Shown here: positions 19,989 to 26,554 of the stretch, piece after piece | How the letters are laid out: the number at the start of each line of letters is the position of its first letter | Numbering within the stretch: position 1 is the first letter of the stretch | NCBI GenBank assembly: GCA_040256005.1 | Contig: JBDZWC010000030.1 | Location: forward strand, 1-26,554 | DNA length: 26,554 nt | Source of the DNA: Deinococcaceae bacterium | GTDB taxonomy: Bacteria; Deinococcota; Deinococci; Deinococcales; Trueperaceae | Direction: 5' to 3' | Position numbers and translations under genes: made by a program | The notes under the pieces: model-generated | Told to the model about the DNA's origin: nothing | Database searches by the model: none | Seen by the model: only the letters and a program-made list of their open reading frames with translations

Positions 19989-20339
19989 ATGAAGAGCTCC
20001 GAGATCACCCTGCGCGTCGTGTCGTCTGACGACGGCGTCGAGGCCATCGGTTGGCGCGCCGACGAGGGCGCCGGAGAGGGCGAGCAGGCCGCCAAGGCGT
20101 TCATCCTCGCCCTGTGGGACGCCGAGGAACGCAACGCCCTGCGCATCGACCTGTGGACCAAGGACATGTCCGTGGACGACATGAACGACTTCTTCTTCCA
20201 GACGCTGATGACGATGGCAGACACGTACGCGAACGCCACCACCTACGCGCCGCTGGCCGGCGAGATCAAGGTCTTCGCGCAGGACTTCGCTCAGAAGGCG
20301 TCGCGGGCGGCGCGCCGCAGCGCGGGAGAGGGCGGCTAG
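19989..20339 (+). CDS. gldC: GldC-like protein
   Basis: 116 aa: KSSEI start, AKAFILALWD, hallmark LRIDLWTKDMSVDDM..FF.QTL.TMADTY..AT, matching the Bacteroidota GldC family as I recall it. Confidence 0.82.
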   Translation: MKSSEITLRVVSSDDGVEAIGWRADEGAGEGEQAAKAFILALWDAEERNALRIDLWTKDMSVDDMNDFFFQTLMTMADTYANATTYAPLAGEIKVFAQDFAQKASRAARRSAGEGG

Positions 20340-20361
20340 CTGCGGGCCGGCACGGCGGCGC

Positions 20362-21248
<887 letters not shown>

Positions 21249-21252
<4 letters not shown>

Positions 21253-22316
21253 GTCTCGCTCCTCGCTACCGGACCGACCGGTTGCTGCTGGGTCACGCAG
21301 TGGAACGCCCCGCCGCCCGTGATGAGCCCGCTGGCCGGCAACCCGATCACGTCGCGGCCGGGGAAGAGCGGACGCAGGGTGGCCAGGGCACGCTCGTCGT
21401 TCGGATCCCCGTAGACGGGGACGACCACGAAGCCGTTGCCCACGTACCAGTTGGCGTACGTTAGCGGCAGGCGGTTGGGTCCCAGGTAGGCGCTGCGCTG
21501 CGGCAGCGGCAGTTCGACGATGTCGTACGGCCGGCCCTCGGGCGTGCGCAGCGACCGCAGCACCTCCAGGTTCGCCTGCATGGTCGCGTGGTTGGGGTCG
21601 TCCTCGTCCTCCTCGACGCTCGCGACGATGACGTCCTCGGCGGCGAACCTGACGATCGTGTCGACATGGCCGTCGGTGTGGTCGCCCTCGAGGCCCGCTC
21701 CCAGCCACACGACCTGCTGCGCTCCCAGCCAGCGGGCGAGCAGCGCCTCGATATCGCCCTCGCTCAGTCCCGGGTTGCGGGTCGGCGTCAGCAGGCAGGA
21801 GCGAGTGGTGATACACACGCCACGGCCGTTGAGCTCGAGAGCTCCGCCCTCCATGATCGCGTCCACCTCATAGCGCCTCATGCCCAAGGTACGGCTCACG
21901 GCCAGCGGCGCGCGGTCGTCGTCATCCCACGGCGCGTACTTGCCGCCCCAGGCGTTGAAGCCCCAGTCGGTCAGAGCGACGCTGCCGTCCTCCTCGCGTA
22001 CGAAGAGGGGCCCGTTGTCCCGGAACCAGACGTCGTTCAGCGGCACCCGGTGGAACGTGATGGCGCCCTCGTCGGCGCCGGCGGCAGGCAGCCGCTGCCT
22101 CGCGTCACGCTCCGTGTCGTCGTCCCTGACGTTCAGAACGACGGGCTCGTAGCGCGCGATCGTGGCCACCAGGCCGGCGAAGTCGCGCCTCGCCGTCTCC
22201 AGCTGACCCTCCCACAGCTCGTCATCGAAGGGCCAGCTCGTCCAGGTGGCCGCGTGAGGCTCCCACTCGGCCGGGAAGGAGAGCCGTGGGGTAGCGCCTG
22301 GGACGGGACGTGACAT
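21249..22316 (-). CDS. aguA: Agmatine deiminase (PAD family)
   Basis: PAEWEPH, WFRDNGP, FNAWGGKY, MEGGA, DHTDGHVD, YANWY, GGGAFHCVTQQQP (catalytic Cys). Confidence 0.95.
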
Positions 22317-22325
22317 CGGAAGGAG

Positions 22326-22334
22326 ATGCTAGCA
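22326..22334 (-). promoter_or_regulatory. Extended -10 (TGC-TAGCAT) for aguAB
   Basis: Minus-strand TGCTAGCAT ends 9 nt before the aguA ATG; no SD present. Confidence 0.55.
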
Positions 22335-22420
22335 ACTGTGCCGCTCCCGCCCTGTGCCTGCGGGCCGTCCCCGGTCGCCGCCAACGCGGGCTCCGGTGCC
22401 GTAGGCGCTACCCTGGCGTG

Positions 22421-24340
22421 GTGACGAAGCTATCTCTCGACCCCGGCTTCTCGGTCGCCGATGCCGACGAGCTGTACGGCGTGCGGTCGTGGTCCACCGG
22501 CTACTTCGGTATCTCTGACCGCGGCGAGGTCACGGTCTCCGACCGGGACGGCGCGCCCGTGCCCATCATCGACATCGTGCGCGACCTGCAGGAGCGCGGG
22601 CTCGACCTGCCGCTCACGCTGCGCTTCCCCGACATCATAGAGGACCGCCTGGACCGCATCAACGAGTCGTTCGCCACCGCGATCCGCGAGGCTGGCTACG
22701 GGTCGCACTACCAGGGCGTCTACCCGGTCAAGGTCAACCAGCGCCGCGTGGTGCTGGAGACCATCGCCGGCTACGGCGCGCGCTACCGCACGGGGCTCGA
22801 GGCCGGCAGCAAGGCCGAGCTCGCCCTGTGCCTGGCGCACGACACGCACGACGACGCCCTGCTGTGCTGCAACGGGTTCAAGGACGACGACTTCATCAGG
22901 CTCGCGCTGTGGGGCAAGAAGCTCGGCCGCAACGTGATCATCACTCTCGAGAAGGCCGGCGAGCTGGAGCGGGTGCTGCGCATCAGCCAGGAGATGGGAG
23001 TCGAGCCCTCGCTCGGCGTCCGCTTCAAGACGCACGCCCGCGGCACGGGCCAGTGGGAGTCGTCGGGCGGCGACGACGCCAAGTTCGGGCTCACGGCCGC
23101 CGAGCTCGTGCACGTGGTCGAGCGCGTGAAGCGCGAGGGCCTGGCGCACGCTCTCGAGCTGCTCCACTGTCACGTAGGCAGCCAGCTGACCGACATCAGG
23201 CGCATCCGCGTCGCCGTGCGCGAGGCCACCCAGGCGTACGTCGAACTGGCCGAGCTGGGCGCTCAGGTCAAGTACCTCGACGTCGGCGGCGGCCTGGCCG
23301 TGGACTACGACGGGTCGAAGACCACCTACTACGTCTCGGCGAACTACAGCCTGCGCGAGTACGCGGACACGGTGGTCTACACGATCATGGAGGTGTGCGA
23401 CAACGCCGGCGTGCAGCACCCGGTGATAGTCACCGAGTCGGGCCGGGCGCTCACGGCGCACCACTCGGTGGTCATCGTGCCCGTCGTGGATGCCATCGGC
23501 CCCACGCGGGACCCGGTCGAGCTGCCGCCGCTGGACGGTGAGGAGCAGCACCAGCTCGTCAAGGACATGCTCGAGCTCGAAGGCCAGGTGACCGCGAAGT
23601 CATACCGCGAGGTGTTCAACGAGGCCGTTGCGAACAAGGAGACGATGCACAACCTGTTCGACCTGGGCTACCTGAGCCTCCTCGAGCGGGCGCACTTCGA
23701 GCAGCTCTACAACCGCATCCTGGTCCGGGTGGCCAAGGTGGTAAGGGACCTCGACTACGTCCCCGAGGAGTTCGAGGCGCTGCCCCGCATGCTGGCCGAC
23801 AAGTACGTCGTCAACTTCTCGGTGTTCCAGACGCTGCCCGACCACTGGGCGATCAAGTCGCTCTTCCCGATAGCGCCACTGACGCACCTCGACAGGAAGC
23901 CAGACCGGGACGCCACGCTGGTGGACATAACCTGTGACTCGGACGGCAAGATCGACAGCTTCATCGACCTGCGCGACGTCAAGCGCACCTTGCCGGTGCA
24001 CCAGGTGAAGCCGGGCGACAGCTACTACCTGGGCATCTTCCTGACGGGTGCCTACCAGGACGTGCTCGCCAACGCCCACAACCTCTTCGGACGCGTGAAC
24101 GAGGCCCACGTGCGACTGACGCCGGAGGGCGGCTACGAGGTCGAGCTCTACGTGGAGGGGCAGAAGGCGAGGCGGGTGATACGGAACATGGGCTTCGAGA
24201 CGCCCGACCTACACGCCGCCGTAGCCCAGCAGGCCGAGGAGGTGATGCAGGCGGGCGGCATGTCAGAGGCGGAGATGGCCGACTTCCTGGAGCTGTACGA
24301 CAGGGAGCTCGTCGGTTACACCTACCTCGAGGCCGTCTGA
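22421..24340 (+). CDS. speA: Biosynthetic arginine decarboxylase
   Basis: LRFPDI; YPVKVNQ (PLP Lys); GLEAGSKAEL; CNGFKD; KFGL; HVGSQ; DVGGGL; ESGRA; DITCDSDG; GAYQ. GTG 22421 is preferred because TACCCT lies 6 nt upstream. Confidence 0.96.
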   Translation: MTKLSLDPGFSVADADELYGVRSWSTGYFGISDRGEVTVSDRDGAPVPIIDIVRDLQERGLDLPLTLRFPDIIEDRLDRINESFATAIREAGYGSHYQGVYPVKVNQRRVVLETIAGYGARYRTGLEAGSKAELALCLAHDTHDDALLCCNGFKDDDFIRLALWGKKLGRNVIITLEKAGELERVLRISQEMGVEPSLGVRFKTHARGTGQWESSGGDDAKFGLTAAELVHVVERVKREGLAHALELLHCHVGSQLTDIRRIRVAVREATQAYVELAELGAQVKYLDVGGGLAVDYDGSKTTYYVSANYSLREYADTVVYTIMEVCDNAGVQHPVIVTESGRALTAHHSVVIVPVVDAIGPTRDPVELPPLDGEEQHQLVKDMLELEGQVTAKSYREVFNEAVANKETMHNLFDLGYLSLLERAHFEQLYNRILVRVAKVVRDLDYVPEEFEALPRMLADKYVVNFSVFQTLPDHWAIKSLFPIAPLTHLDRKPDRDATLVDITCDSDGKIDSFIDLRDVKRTLPVHQVKPGDSYYLGIFLTGAYQDVLANAHNLFGRVNEAHVRLTPEGGYEVELYVEGQKARRVIRNMGFETPDLHAAVAQQAEEVMQAGGMSEAEMADFLELYDRELVGYTYLEAV

Positions 24341-24432
24341 CCTCGCGCCTTCAGGCCGTCTGACCGCTCTCCGCCACATCGTCTGACCGTTCACGTGGGT
24401 TCCGTCTGAGCGAGTCGCGCGACGTCAGATGA
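24330..24432 (+). repeat. Degenerate 23-bp-period direct repeat with CGTCTGA core
   Basis: CGTCTGA at 24334, 24357, 24380 and 24403 (exact 23-bp steps). The first two copies share AGGCCGTCTGACC. A fifth TGA falls in register at 24430. Confidence 0.8.
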
Positions 24433-24521
24433 GAGACGACTTCCCGTTACATCCCACCGGGACGGAAGTTTCTCATGCAAGCCACAAGGCCTTTCATGCC
24501 GCCGCTTCTAGCATGCACTTC

Positions 24522-24649
24522 CTGGGCTCCAAGCCTGAGTCAGTGCCCCCGGCAACGACTGGCGAACCTCCATGCGGCGGGACAGACGTCGCCGTGGGTT
24601 CGGCTGCGGTCCCCGCGTAGGCGGAGGTCGCTCAGGCACAGGGCCCCAG
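24522..24649 (+). ncRNA. Candidate structured leader RNA / ncRNA upstream of the sugar ABC operon
   Basis: Nested collinear helices found by eye: CTGGG/CCCAG, GCCTGAG/CTCAGGC, ACCTCC/GGAGGT, ATGCGG/CCGCGT, GGAC/GTCC, GCCG/CGGC, plus a side hairpin CAGT..ACTG. No family recognised. Confidence 0.35.
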
Positions 24650-24703
24650 CGAGGACTGCGGCCACCGCAGCGCGCGCTGATAAGCGCCACAGGGAGGGGA
24701 AAC

Positions 24704-26068
24704 ATGCAACGTCACGTGAACCACGCAGGACGCAGCTCGTTCACGGGGGGCCTACTGCGGTCCGCCGCCGCGGTCGTGTTGACCGCAGGCTTGGCCCTGG
24801 CCTCGGCCCAGGACATGGAGGCCTCGGGCGACCTGCGCGTGCTCGGGTTCGGCCTGCCCGACGAGATCGCCACCGTCAGGGTGGACACGTTCGAGGCGGC
24901 CTACCCAGACGTGAACCTCGAGGTGACCGAGGGCGCCATCGACCAGCAGCAGCTGCTGACGGCAATCGCCTCCGGTAGGCCGCCCGACGTCGTGTACCTC
25001 AACCGGGACGACCTCTCCACGTACGCCACGCGCGGTGCGCTGCAACCGCTCGATCAGTGCATCGAGCAGGCCGGCATCGACATGAGCCAGTTCAGGCCGG
25101 CAGCCACGCAGCCGGTGACGATCGAGGGGACCGTCTACGGCATCCCCGAGTTCAACAACGTCATCCTGATGATCATCAACACCGCCGCGCTCGAGGAGGC
25201 AGGGCTCACCCTCGAGGACGTCGACACCAGCGATTGGGACGCCATCGCCGCCCTCAACGAGCAGCTCACGACCGTCGACGGCAACAACGTCACGCGCATC
25301 GGCTTCGACCCGAAGCTGCCCGAGTTCTTCCCGCTGTGGGTGCGCGCCAACGGGGGCCAGCTGGTCTCGGACGACGGCCGCACCGCGATGCTCAACAGCC
25401 CCGAGGCCATCGAGGCGCTCGAGTTCACCGCCGGCCTCCACGAGGCGGCGGGCGGCCGCGGCCCGTTCATGGCGTTCCGCGACACGTGGGACTTCTTCGG
25501 GGCCCAGAACCAGGTGGCGGCGAACCAGATCGGCGCCTGGCCCATGGAGCAGTGGTACGTGAACGTGCTCGTCGAGTCTTCGCCGGACGCCCCGGTGGCC
25601 TTCGCCCCGTTCCTCGACCGGCAGGGCAACCCGCTCTCGTTCGCCACCGGCTCCGCCTGGGCGATCCCCACCGGCGCCGCGAACCCTGAAGCGGCCTGTG
25701 CGTGGATGGCCACGATGACGAGTGCGGACACGTGGTACGCCGCGGCGTCGGAGCGGGCCACCCTCCGCGCCGACGAGGGCAGGACCTACACGGGCACGTA
25801 CACCGGCAACCTCGCGGCGGACGAGCGCATCTTCGGCGAGCTCGTCCAAGACAGCGGCAACGACGCCTTCGACAACGGCGTCGACGTCATACTGCAGGTC
25901 CAGGACGCCGCGTTCTCCATCCCCGCCAACCCAGCCGGAGCGCAGGTGCGGCAGGCTTGGACGGACGCCGTCAACCGCGTTCTCAACGGTGAGCAGACTG
26001 CCGAAGAGGCGCTCACGCAGGCGCAGGAAGAGGCGCAGGCGGCACTCGACGAGGCATGGGAGCAGTAG
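24704..26068 (+). CDS. Carbohydrate ABC transporter extracellular solute-binding protein
   Basis: AGGGAGGGG SD before ATG 24704; signal peptide ending ASA-Q; AIASGRPPDV, GALQPLD, GTVYGIP, GSAWAIP, GEQTAEEAL. Confidence 0.92.
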   Translation: MQRHVNHAGRSSFTGGLLRSAAAVVLTAGLALASAQDMEASGDLRVLGFGLPDEIATVRVDTFEAAYPDVNLEVTEGAIDQQQLLTAIASGRPPDVVYLNRDDLSTYATRGALQPLDQCIEQAGIDMSQFRPAATQPVTIEGTVYGIPEFNNVILMIINTAALEEAGLTLEDVDTSDWDAIAALNEQLTTVDGNNVTRIGFDPKLPEFFPLWVRANGGQLVSDDGRTAMLNSPEAIEALEFTAGLHEAAGGRGPFMAFRDTWDFFGAQNQVAANQIGAWPMEQWYVNVLVESSPDAPVAFAPFLDRQGNPLSFATGSAWAIPTGAANPEAACAWMATMTSADTWYAAASERATLRADEGRTYTGTYTGNLAADERIFGELVQDSGNDAFDNGVDVILQVQDAAFSIPANPAGAQVRQAWTDAVNRVLNGEQTAEEALTQAQEEAQAALDEAWEQ

Positions 26069-26554
26069 GACGAGCGACGCTAGGTAGTGACACGCCCGCC
26101 GGAGGCCGAGGGGGCTTCCGGCGGGCCGAGGCGCGCGCCGGCTGGGCGTTCATCTCGCCCTGGGTCATCGGCTTCCTGATCTTCACCGCCATTCCCATGC
26201 TCGCGAGCCTGTACCTGTCGTTCACGGAGTACGACGTACTGCGTCCGCCGCGCCCGGCCGGGCTGCAGAACTATGCCGAGATGTTGGGCGACAGGCGGCT
26301 GCGGCTGGCCCTGTACAACTCGTTCTTCTACACGATCCTCTACGTCCCGCTGTCCATCGCCATCGCCTTGGGGCTCTCCTTGCTGCTCGACCGCGTCACC
26401 AGGGCCGCGGGCTTCTTCCGCACGGTCTTCTACCTGCCTTCGCTCACGCCGACGGTGGCCGTCGGCGCTCTGTTCCTGTGGGTGCTCAACCCGTCCGTTG
26501 GCCTCGTGAACAGGGGCCTGGCCCTGGTCGGCATCGACGGCCCGGGCTGGACCA
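26056..26554 (+). CDS. Carbohydrate ABC transporter permease (runs off the window end)
   Basis: Not in the ORF track because it has no stop in the window. Frame 1 reads ...AGWAFISPWVIGFLIFTAIPMLASLYLSFTEYD...GLQNY...FFRTVFYLPS..., typical of MalF/UgpA-type permeases. Start is approximate. Confidence 0.9.
   Translation, partial: MGAVGRATLGSDTPAGGRGGFRRAEARAGWAFISPWVIGFLIFTAIPMLASLYLSFTEYDVLRPPRPAGLQNYAEMLGDRRLRLALYNSFFYTILYVPLSIAIALGLSLLLDRVTRAAGFFRTVFYLPSLTPTVAVGALFLWVLNPSVGLVNRGLALVGIDGPGWT

Noticed and set aside
21253..21816. 188-aa N-terminal extension of aguB, suggesting a fusion or frameshift
   Set aside because: It lies in another frame of intact aguA; the ATGA overlap at 21249-21252 explains the arrangement.
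24330..24365. Resemblance of AGGCCGTCTGAC to the Neisseriaceae DNA uptake sequence (GCCGTCTGAA)
   Set aside because: The final base mismatches, the lineage is wrong, and the motif is not dispersed through the window as uptake sequences are.
24330..24444. CRISPR array
   Set aside because: The conserved core is only 7-13 bp with a 23-bp period, far below CRISPR repeat-plus-spacer size; no cas genes in the window.
24521..24600. Known riboswitch (SAM-I 'CCCGGCAAC' or guanidine-I/ykkC 'CGGCGGGACA' fragments), SRP RNA or 6S RNA
   Set aside because: Only isolated short matches; the other conserved elements (for example the ykkC AAAGCCCGGGAG tail, the SRP GGAA loop, the 6S two-sided bubble) are absent.
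24429..24978. Small ORFs 24429-24620, 24475-24978 and 24508-24705, and the SBP start at 24572
   Set aside because: No coding-like composition; the strong SD and signal peptide support ATG 24704.

Overview
High-GC bacterial window, probably from phylum Deinococcota (possibly a Trueperaceae-like lineage). The inference rests on a Gfh1-type Gre paralog with the DDYDD tip and on many TANNNT motifs directly before start codons. Gene order: tRNA-Gly(GCC) with terminator; a TolB-like beta-propeller protein; a small membrane protein (-); a tight three-gene signalling module (Zn-ribbon/class III nucleotidyl cyclase/STAND ATPase/TPR protein, a receiver domain fused to a cysteine-free thioredoxin-reductase-like flavoprotein, and a cNMP-binding histidine kinase); ProX/ProW-like ABC parts with no ATPase; msrPQ; a Nudix hydrolase; a TPR lytic transglycosylase (-); gfh1, lysS and a GH13 enzyme; long-form glucose-1-phosphate thymidylyltransferase (-); a GldC-like gene; aguB-aguA (-) divergent from speA; and the start of a sugar ABC operon. 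The best candidate for an undescribed system is the cyclase -> cNMP-kinase -> REC-flavoenzyme module. Other notable signals are the GldC-like gene outside Bacteroidota, a 23-bp-periodic CGTCTGA array after speA, a long structured leader before the sugar ABC operon, a hairpin-dense region before the cyclase, and an attenuator-like gfh1 leader. All calls come from reading motifs by eye; no searches or folding programs were run.
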